Positions 50,806 to 60,835 of a stretch of 64,000 bases of DNA are shown in pieces. The position numbers were made by a program, and so were the translations under genes. Numbering within the stretch: position 1 is the first letter of the stretch; the number at the start of each line of letters is the position of its first letter. Under the pieces are notes generated by a model. That model worked only from the letters and a program-made list of their open reading frames with translations. It made no database searches and had not been told where the DNA came from. The stretch is from contig VFGV01000004.1 in assembly GCA_009392275.1 (NCBI GenBank), positions 290-64,289 of the forward strand, read 5' to 3'. This stretch comes from SAR202 cluster bacterium. GTDB lineage: Bacteria; Chloroflexota; Dehalococcoidia; Lucifugimonadales; UBA2962.

Positions 50806-50919
50806 ATGAATAGATTAATTGCTAGAATATGCGATATTTGTGGATCTGAATTATTAGGCATTCACTGTAAGTTACGATGCTTAAATTGTGGATTTATTCG
50901 CGACTGTTCAGATCCATGA
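50806..50919 (+). CDS. candidate 37-aa zinc-ribbon miniprotein (40 aa if started at ATG 50797)
   Basis: Hand translation gives MNRLIARICDICGSELLGIHCKLRCLNCGFIRDCSDP*. It has CxxC-x12-CxxC spacing plus two more Cys. A weak SD (AGGT) lies upstream. It sits between a strong terminator and the lprG-like gene, and is below the ORF-track cutoff. Confidence 0.35.
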   Translation: MNRLIARICDICGSELLGIHCKLRCLNCGFIRDCSDP

Positions 50920-50966
50920 TTTATAGATTTTCTAGCTTATCTTTAAAATAGTATGGTGATATAAAA

Positions 50967-51692
50967 ATGAAATATATATCTTTAACAGTGCTGATGTTGC
51001 TTACGCTAATTATTGGTTTTGGCTGCAAAGAATCAGAGACAACAGCAGCAAAAGAAACTGAAACGGTCGAACTAACAGTGTCGGATGTAATTAGTAAATC
51101 AGGCCAGTACATGACAACGCTAAAATCTTTTCACTTTAGAATGACTCACGAGCTAGGTGCCACAGAATTTCTACCAGGATTAAACGTTGAGGAGGTTTCA
51201 GGGGACGTACAACCTCCTGATCTGCTTGCAGCAGAATTTGTTGGAATGTTTGGGGCTTTCCCGATACGTTCAATGCTGGTAGCAATTGGAAAAGACAATT
51301 ACCTTACAAATCCTTTAACAGGTGTGTGGGAGCAAATAGAGCCTACCGTTAATTTAGGAGGGTTTTTTAATACGAGCGAGGGCATGGCGTCATTGTTAGA
51401 GAAAATGACTGATGTGGATTTTTTATCAGATCCTAATTTAAACTCATCCGATTATGAGATAAAGGGTGACTTGTCCACTATTCATTTAGGTTCTTTATTA
51501 GGGGAAACCCTTGAAAATGGAAGCGTCGTTGTAGAAGCCAAAATTAATAAAAATGACTTTGCATTAAATAAAATAAAGTTTATTGGCCAAGCAAAAGTCT
51601 CTGATATAGATGGTACTATTCGGGTCGTAACAATGGATAAATTTAATATACCAGTTGAAATAGAAGTGCCATCAATTAGTGAAGCAAAATAA
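50967..51692 (+). CDS. LppX_LprAFG-family lipoprotein (LprG-like)
   Basis: 241 aa. Lipobox LIIGFGC, and size and sequence pattern of the family. It is translationally overlapped with an MFS gene, as in the mycobacterial lprG-p55 pair. Confidence 0.7.
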   Translation: MKYISLTVLMLLTLIIGFGCKESETTAAKETETVELTVSDVISKSGQYMTTLKSFHFRMTHELGATEFLPGLNVEEVSGDVQPPDLLAAEFVGMFGAFPIRSMLVAIGKDNYLTNPLTGVWEQIEPTVNLGGFFNTSEGMASLLEKMTDVDFLSDPNLNSSDYEIKGDLSTIHLGSLLGETLENGSVVVEAKINKNDFALNKIKFIGQAKVSDIDGTIRVVTMDKFNIPVEIEVPSISEAK

Positions 51693-53232
51693 ACCTAACA
51701 TTTTGATTGAATCAAAAACTTCCGATAATAAAAATACGCAGAATTCTCAGCGGATATCACCGTATCTGGCATTAATACCGATCGCTTTCGGAGTTTTTGT
51801 GGCCGCAGACGACCAAACTGTCATGGTAACAGTATTAACTGAAATCATGATTGATTTTCGTGTGCCAATAACTCAACTTGATACCGCATCTTGGACAATC
51901 ACTGCATATCTTCTAGGTTATGTTGCTGCAATGCCTCTAATAGGCCGAATGTCCGATGCCTTAGGTCATCGACGCGTATTTGCTGGAGCGATGGTTATTT
52001 TTATGATTTTCTCGATCTTTGCTGCTCTAGCTAAAAGTATGGAATGGTTGATAGCTATTAGAGTTTTTCAGGCTATGGCAGCAGGAGCAATGTTACCTGT
52101 AGCCATAGCAATAGTCGGAGATCTTTTTCCTGCTGGACAACGTGGACTAGCTTTAGGTCTAATTATTGGAGCCGCTGAAGCCGGTGGTGTAATTGGACCA
52201 TTATGGGGGGGATTAGTAGCAAAGTATCTAACATGGCCATGGATTTTCTGGATGAATATTCCATTAGGCTTTATGACTCTTATCCCGTTATTCTTGCTTT
52301 TGAAACCTAGTACTAGGTTTAAATCTAAAGTGGATTATTTGGGAGGCTTTTTAATAGCCCTTTCTTTAGCATCTCTGACTTTAGCTCTTTCATGGATAGA
52401 TCGACCCGGGTTGATGCTAGTCATGTTTTTTGTTCTAGCCGCTGTGTTTTTAATAGCATTTATTCTCCGTCAAAAAACAGTTGATGAACCTCTTTTGCCT
52501 AATTCCATGTTCGCTAGTCCTACAATAATTGCAGCCAATATTTCTCATTTACTTGTAGGATGCGGTCTTATAATCGGAATGGTTACGATCCCATTTATGA
52601 CGACAACAGTTATGGAAAAAGAACCGTTAGAGGGTGGATTGAGGTTGATGAGAATGACTATTGCGATGCCAGTAGGAGCAATAATTGGCGGAATCGCGTG
52701 TCAGAAAATGGATTTCAGAATACCTTCATTGATCGGTTTAGCTTTAACAATTTGGGGGTTTTATGAGATGTCCGGATGGTCACTCTCTATATCAGACCCT
52801 ACTATGTCTATACCTTTAGTAGTCACTGGTTTTGGTTTTGGAATTTTGATATCTCCTATCGCTTTGGCAGGTACTGAACCTGTTGGCCATGGAGATCGAG
52901 GAGCGGCTGCAGGTGTTATAACTGCTATGAGACTTGTTGGAATGACTTTAGGTCTTGCAGCGATTACAGCTTGGGGCTCCCAAAGGTTTTTCACACTTGT
53001 ATCTGGATTGCAACTACCTATACCAACTGAGGGTGAGTCTTCTGAGGTAACACTAGCAAATATCGAAGCTTATTCTGGAGAAGTAATAGATATTGGGATG
53101 AATTTATTCACAGAATTTTTCATTATAGCTGTTGTAGCGTCTGCAATAGCTTTATTACCCACAATGTTTATGGCATGGAACCACAAAAAACATTTAGATG
53201 CAGAAAGGGTTCCGACTGAATTACAAAACTAG
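51679..53232 (+). CDS. MFS transporter, 14-TM DHA2 (EmrB/QacA, P55-like) type
   Basis: 517 aa, about 14 hydrophobic helices. GRMSDALGHRRVF motif A. GTG start overlapping the lipoprotein gene by 14 nt. Confidence 0.85.
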   Translation: MKQNKPNILIESKTSDNKNTQNSQRISPYLALIPIAFGVFVAADDQTVMVTVLTEIMIDFRVPITQLDTASWTITAYLLGYVAAMPLIGRMSDALGHRRVFAGAMVIFMIFSIFAALAKSMEWLIAIRVFQAMAAGAMLPVAIAIVGDLFPAGQRGLALGLIIGAAEAGGVIGPLWGGLVAKYLTWPWIFWMNIPLGFMTLIPLFLLLKPSTRFKSKVDYLGGFLIALSLASLTLALSWIDRPGLMLVMFFVLAAVFLIAFILRQKTVDEPLLPNSMFASPTIIAANISHLLVGCGLIIGMVTIPFMTTTVMEKEPLEGGLRLMRMTIAMPVGAIIGGIACQKMDFRIPSLIGLALTIWGFYEMSGWSLSISDPTMSIPLVVTGFGFGILISPIALAGTEPVGHGDRGAAAGVITAMRLVGMTLGLAAITAWGSQRFFTLVSGLQLPIPTEGESSEVTLANIEAYSGEVIDIGMNLFTEFFIIAVVASAIALLPTMFMAWNHKKHLDAERVPTELQN

Positions 53233-54044
53233 ACTTTGGAATGTACAGGAGTAGCTATCGATGTTCCATCGGGTAATTTGTCAATTTTAAAGTCTCCAAA
53301 AAGCAAGGGTGCTTCTTCTACTAATAAATTTAATATCTGTATAGCCATTCGTCTTATTTCCCAGTCAGCGTAAGGAGTAGAGCGCATCTCGATAAAATGC
53401 CTCCATGCTCTTACATTTGCAGTAACAAATAATTTGGTTTCAGTGGCATTAGGCAAAACTGAGCGTGCAGCTTGACGTATAGCTTTACGCCTATCTGTCT
53501 TCTTCTCAAACAAACTTTCATCTAACGATTCTTCCAGTGCATCTACAAGTTCTTCATAACTTGCTGCGGCTTTCTCCATAGCTACTTTGAATAACTCATT
53601 CACTGCTTCGTTATTAAAGCTTTCATTTACTAAAGCTGGCGGTATTACAAAAGATGCCCCAGATTCATCTACATATCTTTGAGATCGCTGACTATACGCA
53701 AAACCTGCTCTATGCCTAATCAATTCATGAGTCAAGCTACGAGATATTCCAGTAATAACAAACCCAAAATTAACGTGCTCTAAAACACTGCCATCTTTCC
53801 GATATAAAAGATTGTTGATAAAGTCCGCTATATCTTTTCTACCTCGCCCATAACTCATATAACACATTCGCGCTGAAATCTCGACTACTGCAGCAGACTC
53901 ATCTTTACCAGCTCTAATACTATCTGGTATTGGAGGCACACCTTGATCTGCTAAAAACTCAGCCACCTGATTCCAATCAACAGACGTGCGAGTAGTAAGG
54001 TATATTTTGGGCTTATTTAACATGTCTAAGTTTTGTTTATTCAT
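53229..54044 (-). CDS. thyX: FAD-dependent thymidylate synthase
   Basis: 271 aa. ThyX signature RHRAGFAYSQRSQRY. Confidence 0.95.
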   Translation of the reverse strand: MNKQNLDMLNKPKIYLTTRTSVDWNQVAEFLADQGVPPIPDSIRAGKDESAAVVEISARMCYMSYGRGRKDIADFINNLLYRKDGSVLEHVNFGFVITGISRSLTHELIRHRAGFAYSQRSQRYVDESGASFVIPPALVNESFNNEAVNELFKVAMEKAAASYEELVDALEESLDESLFEKKTDRRKAIRQAARSVLPNATETKLFVTANVRAWRHFIEMRSTPYADWEIRRMAIQILNLLVEEAPLLFGDFKIDKLPDGTSIATPVHSKV

Positions 54045-54047
54045 GTT

Positions 54048-55316
54048 CTATATTAATAATTGGTATGGATTTTCTAATATCGTTTTAACCTCGTTAATAA
54101 ACAACGCGCCTTCAGACCCATCAACAATGCGGTGGTCACCAGATATTGTTGCAGTCATTATATCTGCTATGACAACATTTTCATCAACGACAATTGGTTT
54201 TTTCATAGCAGTACCTACCGCAAGCATGGCTGATTGTGGTGGATAAATTATCCCTACAAAAGAGTTCACATTAAACATTCCAAGGTTACTGACTGAGAAA
54301 GTTCCTCTTGCATATTCGTCTGTCGTTATCGTTCCTTCATTTGCTCTACTGGCCAGGTCTTTACTAGCAATACAAATTTCTTTTAAGGATTTGTTTTGTA
54401 CATCCATAATGGCTGGCACAATTAAACCTGCTTCCTGAGAAATAGCAATTCCAATATTAATCTTTGAATGAACAACTATGCCTTTATCTGAAAATGATGA
54501 GTTGAATTTAGGATATTTTTTTAGAGGATTTACACACGCCTTTAATATTAAATCGTTGATTGATACATCATTACCCTCATATTCTTCACTTTTATTTATC
54601 TGATTACGCATCTCTATTGCCTTAGTCATATCTATATCAACGGATATGTAAAAATGCGGTATCTCAGTCTTACTTTTAACAGTAACCCTGGCGATCTGCT
54701 GGCGCATTTTTGTCAAAGTCGAGCTTTGCTCATCAATTAATTTATCAGCCTGAATTGTTTCCGTTAGTTCTTCAGCCTCTGTATCTAATGGTTGAACGTC
54801 TAAATCTGACGGCATATGGGACTCAACATCTTCACGGGTTATACGTCCAGCAGGACCGGTCCCCGTTATTTTACTCAAGTCATATCCTTTTTCTTTGGCT
54901 AATTTTCTGGCGACTGGTGACGCCTTCACTGACAATTTACCTGCATTATTACTTGAATCCGATATACTTTTAGTCAACGTGTTTTGTACTTGCTCATCCT
55001 TTTGTTTTGGATCAATCTCCTCGGTAGCCACCTCAACCTCTTTATTGACAACTCCAGGCTCTTCAACAACAATTTCACTTTCAGTTCCTACTGAGGCTAT
55101 AGCTTCACCAACCGGCACTGTTTCACCCTCTTTAACGAATATCTGAGTAATAAAACCTTCCAAATAAGATTGAAACTCTACAACTGCTTTATCTGTCTCA
55201 ATTTCTGCTATAACTTCATTTTTCTCTACGTGTCTTCCCGTTTGAACAAGCCATCTGACTATAGTTCCTTCTTTCATGTCATAACCCATTTGGGGCATTT
55301 TTAGTTCATCAGACAT
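54048..55316 (-). CDS. dihydrolipoamide acetyltransferase E2 (PDH-type cluster)
   Basis: 422 aa. Lipoyl domain (EIETDKAVVEF), subunit-binding domain (SPVARKLAKEKGYDL) and catalytic SGDHRIVDG. Confidence 0.9.
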   Translation of the reverse strand: MSDELKMPQMGYDMKEGTIVRWLVQTGRHVEKNEVIAEIETDKAVVEFQSYLEGFITQIFVKEGETVPVGEAIASVGTESEIVVEEPGVVNKEVEVATEEIDPKQKDEQVQNTLTKSISDSSNNAGKLSVKASPVARKLAKEKGYDLSKITGTGPAGRITREDVESHMPSDLDVQPLDTEAEELTETIQADKLIDEQSSTLTKMRQQIARVTVKSKTEIPHFYISVDIDMTKAIEMRNQINKSEEYEGNDVSINDLILKACVNPLKKYPKFNSSFSDKGIVVHSKINIGIAISQEAGLIVPAIMDVQNKSLKEICIASKDLASRANEGTITTDEYARGTFSVSNLGMFNVNSFVGIIYPPQSAMLAVGTAMKKPIVVDENVVIADIMTATISGDHRIVDGSEGALFINEVKTILENPYQLLI

Positions 55317-55344
55317 AAGAATATACTCCGCTATACATTTATCC

Positions 55345-56322
55345 TCAAATTTCCATCATTGCTTTGATCGTAATCGTTACCTTACTTGCATCTGGGATTG
55401 CAGCAGATTCAAGTTTACGGCTATATGGCATAGGAACTTCTTCTCCTGAAATTCTGATTATCGGTGATTCAAGATAATCAAATGCATTTTCTTGCAAGCT
55501 ACTGCTAATTTCAGCTCCAAAGCCACCCGTCTTCCAATTTTCTTCAACAACTACAGCTCTACCCGTTTTACAAACGGATTTTACCGATGTCTCTATATCC
55601 AGTGGCCTGAGAGATCTTAAATCTATCACCTCTGCCTCTATACCCTGTTCAGATAATTTATCTGCTGCTTCCAAACATACACTTACCATACCACCGTAAG
55701 TAACTATGGTAACATCCTGTCCCTCTCTACATACTACAGACTTACCCAAAGGCACGTTGTAGTATTCTTCAGGCACATCACCTGTTACAGAATATAATAA
55801 ACAATGTTCAACATAAATCACAGGATCCTTAGACTCAATACAAGAACGCATTAATCCAAGCGCATCGTATGGGTTAGAGGGAGTGACAACTTTCAATCCT
55901 GGCACATTGGCATACCATCCTTCAAAGTTTTGTGAGTGAGTCGCCGCTAAGCCACCTCCTCCACCAGTAACTGTGCGCAAAATCATAGGAACTTGAATCT
56001 GTCCATTCGACATGTATCGCATTTTAGCAGCATGGTTAACAATTTGATCCATAGCAAGCAAGGTAAAGTTGATAGTCATTATCTCCACTATTGGAAAAAG
56101 ACCCCCCATTGCCGACCCAACAGCGGCACCAGCAATTACTGACTCTGCAATTGGCATATCTCTTACGCGTTTTTCACCATATTTATCTAAAAATCCCTTT
56201 GTAACAGCATATGCCCCGCCATATTCACCTATATCCTCTCCCAATAAATAACATCTTTCATTGGAGTCCATAGCTTCATAAAGACCCTTAGATATCGACT
56301 CTCTTACTGTTAATTTACCCAT
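55345..56322 (-). CDS. pyruvate/2-oxoacid dehydrogenase E1 beta subunit
   Basis: 325 aa. GEDIGEYGGAY, DMPIAE and VIDLRSLRP motifs. 8-nt overlap with the E1 alpha gene. Confidence 0.95.
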   Translation of the reverse strand: MGKLTVRESISKGLYEAMDSNERCYLLGEDIGEYGGAYAVTKGFLDKYGEKRVRDMPIAESVIAGAAVGSAMGGLFPIVEIMTINFTLLAMDQIVNHAAKMRYMSNGQIQVPMILRTVTGGGGGLAATHSQNFEGWYANVPGLKVVTPSNPYDALGLMRSCIESKDPVIYVEHCLLYSVTGDVPEEYYNVPLGKSVVCREGQDVTIVTYGGMVSVCLEAADKLSEQGIEAEVIDLRSLRPLDIETSVKSVCKTGRAVVVEENWKTGGFGAEISSSLQENAFDYLESPIIRISGEEVPMPYSRKLESAAIPDASKVTITIKAMMEI

Positions 56323-57283
56323 GGATTTCTCTATACATTGATTCTACTTCTGGGTCTTCGCTTTGCTCTGCAAACTCAACAGCATCACGAACAACTTGCT
56401 TAACGCTTTCATCTATCACAGCTATGTCATCGAGTCCAAAAATATTCTGACTCAAGGCATGTTCGACAAATTTACTAATAGGATCTTTGGTTTTCCATTC
56501 TTCGATCTCTAAAATATTTCTATAATTACCTGGGTCAGCCATTGAATGACCCACAAACCTATATGTGTTAGCCTCAATTAACACAGGTCCGCCTCCTGAT
56601 CGCGTTCTTTCAATTAAAGGTTGAGCTGTTTCCATCACTGCGAGGACATCCATACCGTCTATCTGAGTTGCAGGTATATTGTATTCATCTGCAGACAAAT
56701 AAAGATTGTGGCCCGTCGCATGAGTCCTGTCGATATGGCTGCCCATGCCATAAAGGTTGTTTTCCAATACAAACACTACAGGTAATTTCCATAACGATGC
56801 CAAATTCAAAGACTCGTGAAAATATCCCTCATTGACTGCTCCATCTCCGAAAAAACACATAACCACGCGGTCTTCACTTAAATAATCAATAGATGTAGCG
56901 AGTCCAACAGCAATTGGTAACTGGCCTCCGACTATTGCGTATCCACCCATGAACCCTTTAGAAACATCAAATAAATGCATTGAACCACCTCTACCGCCAC
57001 TTACGCCTGTAGATTTGCCCATCAATTCGGCCATTATGCCGTTTGGATCCAGCTTTCTGGCTAGTGCATGTCCGTGATCTCGGTAATGGCTAACAATATA
57101 ATCATCTTCGTTTAACGATGATATCGCGCCTACTGCTACGGCTTCTTCACCAATGTAAAGGTGCAAAAAGCCTCGAATAAGCCCGCGCATATATTGGGAA
57201 GCACACTCTTCTTCAAAAAGTCGGATTAGCTTCATTAATTCATACGTTTCTAAAGCTTTTTGCTTATCTAAAGTTATAGGCAT
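56315..57283 (-). CDS. pyruvate dehydrogenase-type E1 alpha subunit
   Basis: 322 aa. YRDHGHALA...GRGGSMHLF and the TPP motif GDGAVNEG...ENNLYGM. Confidence 0.95.
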   Translation of the reverse strand: MPITLDKQKALETYELMKLIRLFEEECASQYMRGLIRGFLHLYIGEEAVAVGAISSLNEDDYIVSHYRDHGHALARKLDPNGIMAELMGKSTGVSGGRGGSMHLFDVSKGFMGGYAIVGGQLPIAVGLATSIDYLSEDRVVMCFFGDGAVNEGYFHESLNLASLWKLPVVFVLENNLYGMGSHIDRTHATGHNLYLSADEYNIPATQIDGMDVLAVMETAQPLIERTRSGGGPVLIEANTYRFVGHSMADPGNYRNILEIEEWKTKDPISKFVEHALSQNIFGLDDIAVIDESVKQVVRDAVEFAEQSEDPEVESMYREIHG

Positions 57284-57316
57284 TTACGCCAACTCCATAA
57301 AATTTAATCGTATGTT

Positions 57317-58711
57317 TCACATATGAATAGCTAAATTTTCGGTTGCTAATCCCGCTTCTTTAAGGCATTCAGATATTGTTGGATGAGGATGTACCAATGA
57401 ACCCAACTCACTTGTGGTGCCCTCTAACATTTTAGTCATTCCAGCTTCACCCAATAATTCTGTTACCTCCGCTCCAATCATATGCACGCCCAATATATCA
57501 CCAATTTCCGCATCTGACACAACTTTAATAAATCCTTCTGTCTCAGATAAAGCCAATGCCTTTCCTGAAGCTGCAAGGGGGAATTTACCTATTTTTAGCT
57601 CTCTTCCCGTCTCTGCTGCTTGTGCCTCGGTCATTCCAAAGCTGGCAACTTGAGGCCTACAGTAAACTGCTCGCGGCATTAATGAATAATCCATCGTAGA
57701 ATGATCTAATCCTGCTATATTTTCTACTGCAATAACCGCCTGTTCAGAAGCGACATGAGCCAATAACAATTTACCGGTAATATCACCTATAGCGTAAATA
57801 CCATCAACATTAGTTTTCATATCATCATCAATAACTATGAACCCATTCTTTGTTTCCACTTTTGTATTTTCTATGCCTATTTGATCTGAATTTGGCTGAA
57901 CCCCCACAGCAACTAATACTTTTTCACATTCAATTTTTAATTCGTCTGACCCGCCATGTACTTCCACAACCACTGAGCCATCATTATTATCAATACTTTT
58001 TACTTGAGATGATGTGACTATTGAAATTCCTGCTTTTGTAAATGATCTTGTCAATTCTTTACTTATATCTTCATCTTCCTGAGGGAGAATGCGATCCATC
58101 ATTTCTACGATAGTGACTTCAACTCCATATGATTTATATAAATATGCAAATTCAGCTCCTGTAGCGCCTCCTCCGATGATCACCACACTTTTAGGCAAGA
58201 TATCCAGCTCCAAAGCATGCCTACTAGTAATCACACCATTGCCGTCAATATTTAGCCCCGGTAAATCTCTTTGCCTGGCTCCGGCAGCAATAACCACATT
58301 ACGTGCCTCAAGCGAAGTATTGCTAGATTCAACAAATATAGTACTTTCATTCATGAAGGAAGCGGTTCCCTCATATACATCTACTTTATTCTTCTTTAGC
58401 AAATATCCGATACCTTGGGTGAGCTTTGAAACTACACTCCTACTGCGAGATATGGCTTTAGAAAAATCCGCTTCAACACCGGAAACTTCGATGCCAAACT
58501 TGTCAGCCTCATTTATCAAATTTAATACTTCAGCATTGCGAAGCAGTGATTTGCTTGGAATACATCCCCAATTAAGACACACGCCACCTAAATCAGACTT
58601 TTCTACAATAGCAGTTTTCATTCCCAGCTGACCTGCCCTAATAGCCGCAACATAACCGCCAGGACCACTACCTATCACTACTAAATCATATTTTGAAATT
58701 TGTTTGTCCAA
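57317..58711 (-). CDS. lpdA: dihydrolipoyl dehydrogenase (E3)
   Basis: 464 aa. GSGPGGY, redox-active GGVCLNWGCIPSK and C-terminal HPHPT. Confidence 0.95.
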   Translation of the reverse strand: MDKQISKYDLVVIGSGPGGYVAAIRAGQLGMKTAIVEKSDLGGVCLNWGCIPSKSLLRNAEVLNLINEADKFGIEVSGVEADFSKAISRSRSVVSKLTQGIGYLLKKNKVDVYEGTASFMNESTIFVESSNTSLEARNVVIAAGARQRDLPGLNIDGNGVITSRHALELDILPKSVVIIGGGATGAEFAYLYKSYGVEVTIVEMMDRILPQEDEDISKELTRSFTKAGISIVTSSQVKSIDNNDGSVVVEVHGGSDELKIECEKVLVAVGVQPNSDQIGIENTKVETKNGFIVIDDDMKTNVDGIYAIGDITGKLLLAHVASEQAVIAVENIAGLDHSTMDYSLMPRAVYCRPQVASFGMTEAQAAETGRELKIGKFPLAASGKALALSETEGFIKVVSDAEIGDILGVHMIGAEVTELLGEAGMTKMLEGTTSELGSLVHPHPTISECLKEAGLATENLAIHM

Positions 58712-58873
58712 AATGTAGCCTTTATTACAAATATATTAGAGTTGGATAATTGTAACATCTTAGTAGATCTAAGCGGTGTCGATAAATTTGTATTTGAACA
58801 TCAAATGCATTATAGATATATAGTTAAATGTTAAATCCATAAGAGATTGACGTTCAAAAGGAAATTGTATTAG

Positions 58874-59872
58874 TTGGAAGTTAAAGATAATCAATCAAAC
58901 CATTTATCTATAAATGATATACAGGGAATAAAAACTGGGCATTATACAGACCTTGATGCAATCACAGGTTGCACGGCAATAATATGTGAAGCTGGGGCAA
59001 TAGGTGGTGTCGATGTTCGTGGAGGTGCACCAGGATCAAGAGAGACTGACTTGCTTGATCCTACAGCCAGTGTTCCTTTCATTCACGGTGTTGTCCTTAG
59101 TGGTGGTAGCGCATTTGGTCTCCAATCGGCTGATGGCGCAATGCAATACTTAGAAAATCGTGATGTCGGGCATAAAGCTGGAAATTCCAAAATACCTATC
59201 ATTGCCAGCTCAATTTTGTTCGATTTAAACATAGGTCTCGATAAATCACCTGTTGCTGAGTCAGGCTATAAAGCATGTGTATCAGCAAATAATAAAAAGC
59301 TGCAAGAAGGAACAATAGGAGCAGGCACTGGAGCTACGGTAGCAAAATTAATGGGAATGGAAAGGTCAATCAAAGGTGGTATTGGCTCATATGGAATCAC
59401 TTTAGGCGATGGTTCTATGGTTTCAGCCATAGTTGCAACAAATGCAATTGGCGGTATATTCGATTATAAAACGGGCTCATTAATTGCAGGACCTCTGGAT
59501 CAAAATGGTTCAAACATGCTTAATCCTTTGCAATGTATATTAGATACAAACTGGGCTCCCCCGAACAAAGCGCAAGCTAATACCACAATTGGAGTAGTTG
59601 CCACTGACGTTACACTAACAAAATCACAAGCACAAAAACTTTCAGCTGCGGCTCATGATGGATTAGCGTTGTCAGTTAGGCCCTCACATACTAGTCATGA
59701 CGGAGATACATTTTTTTGTCTTTCTACTGGCACAAGTGAGATAAGTCCTGATATGGATCGATTAATCGCTGCAGCTTCAGTTTGTGTGGCAGAATCTGTA
59801 TTGAGGTCTGTTAAATTAGCTACAAGTATTGGTGGTATAAATTCTATTAATGATTTAAGTAAAATTAACTAG
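58874..59872 (+). CDS. P1/S58-family peptidase (DmpA/L-aminopeptidase D-esterase-like)
   Basis: 332 aa. GIKTGHYTD, GAGTGATVAK and the self-processing region NTTIGVVATD. TTG start. Confidence 0.85.
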   Translation: MEVKDNQSNHLSINDIQGIKTGHYTDLDAITGCTAIICEAGAIGGVDVRGGAPGSRETDLLDPTASVPFIHGVVLSGGSAFGLQSADGAMQYLENRDVGHKAGNSKIPIIASSILFDLNIGLDKSPVAESGYKACVSANNKKLQEGTIGAGTGATVAKLMGMERSIKGGIGSYGITLGDGSMVSAIVATNAIGGIFDYKTGSLIAGPLDQNGSNMLNPLQCILDTNWAPPNKAQANTTIGVVATDVTLTKSQAQKLSAAAHDGLALSVRPSHTSHDGDTFFCLSTGTSEISPDMDRLIAAASVCVAESVLRSVKLATSIGGINSINDLSKIN

Positions 59873-59886
59873 TTTGAGGTAATTAA

Positions 59887-60792
59887 ATGGATTTAAGTAA
59901 ATCAACTAAAATTGCTTTTATCGGCTGTGGTGCTGTTGGTAAAACATTGGCTGTGGCACTATCTAGGTCTGGATACTCGGTAATTGCAGCTTCAAGTCGC
60001 ACATATAAATCTGCAGAGGATTTAGCTGTACGAATTAAAAACTGCACACCATATGAATCGATTCCAAAAGCAGCTGACCAGGCAGATTTAATTTTTATAA
60101 CTACTTTTGATAATGCAATAGAGCATGTGGTTAACTCAATAGAATGGACAACTGGCCAAGCAGTTGTGCATTGCTCCGGTGCCAGCTCATTGGATGTTTT
60201 AAGAGCCGCTGAAATGAAAGGCGCCTTTACCGGTAGCTTTCATCCACTTCAAGCTTTTGCGGGAGTTGAAGATGCTTTAGAATCTTTACCAGGTTCAACT
60301 TTTGGAATTGAAGGGCAGGGTAAATTAAAAGAGTATCTAACTCAGCTAGCCTTGGACATTGGAGGCAAGCCAATATTTCTAGAATCATCTGATAAGCCAC
60401 TTTATCACGCATCCGCAGTCACCCTGGGTGGAGTACTCATGGGGCAGATAGCAGTAATAGCGCAAATATGGGAGGACAGACTTGGGGTAGAAAAAAATGA
60501 AGCTCTTAAAACTTTAATTCCCATGGTCAGAGGCGTGTCGGATGCATTAGAGGCGAACGGCATACCAGAAGGCATCGCAGGGCCATATGTTAGGGGTGAT
60601 GTAGAGACAGTGCAAAAACACCTTGAGGCTATGAAAGCCGTAGGTATCATAGAAATGCAAATGTACGCTACTACTGCGCTAGCAGGTATTAAATTCGCTG
60701 CACAACGAGGCGTATGTAAAGATGCAGATGTTAAAGTTATGACAAAGTTACTGAATACTTATATAAGTGAAAACCCAATAGAATATAATTAA
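59887..60792 (+). CDS. Rossmann-fold plus DUF2520 protein, candidate PanG-type ketopantoate reductase
   Basis: 301 aa. N-terminal IAFIGCGAVGKTLA dinucleotide-binding motif. Good SD. It lies directly upstream of panB and panC on the same strand. Confidence 0.65.
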   Translation: MDLSKSTKIAFIGCGAVGKTLAVALSRSGYSVIAASSRTYKSAEDLAVRIKNCTPYESIPKAADQADLIFITTFDNAIEHVVNSIEWTTGQAVVHCSGASSLDVLRAAEMKGAFTGSFHPLQAFAGVEDALESLPGSTFGIEGQGKLKEYLTQLALDIGGKPIFLESSDKPLYHASAVTLGGVLMGQIAVIAQIWEDRLGVEKNEALKTLIPMVRGVSDALEANGIPEGIAGPYVRGDVETVQKHLEAMKAVGIIEMQMYATTALAGIKFAAQRGVCKDADVKVMTKLLNTYISENPIEYN

Positions 60793-60835
60793 TTAATGCA
60801 TCGGCCCTCACTCGGGCATATTGAGGAGGTACCAA

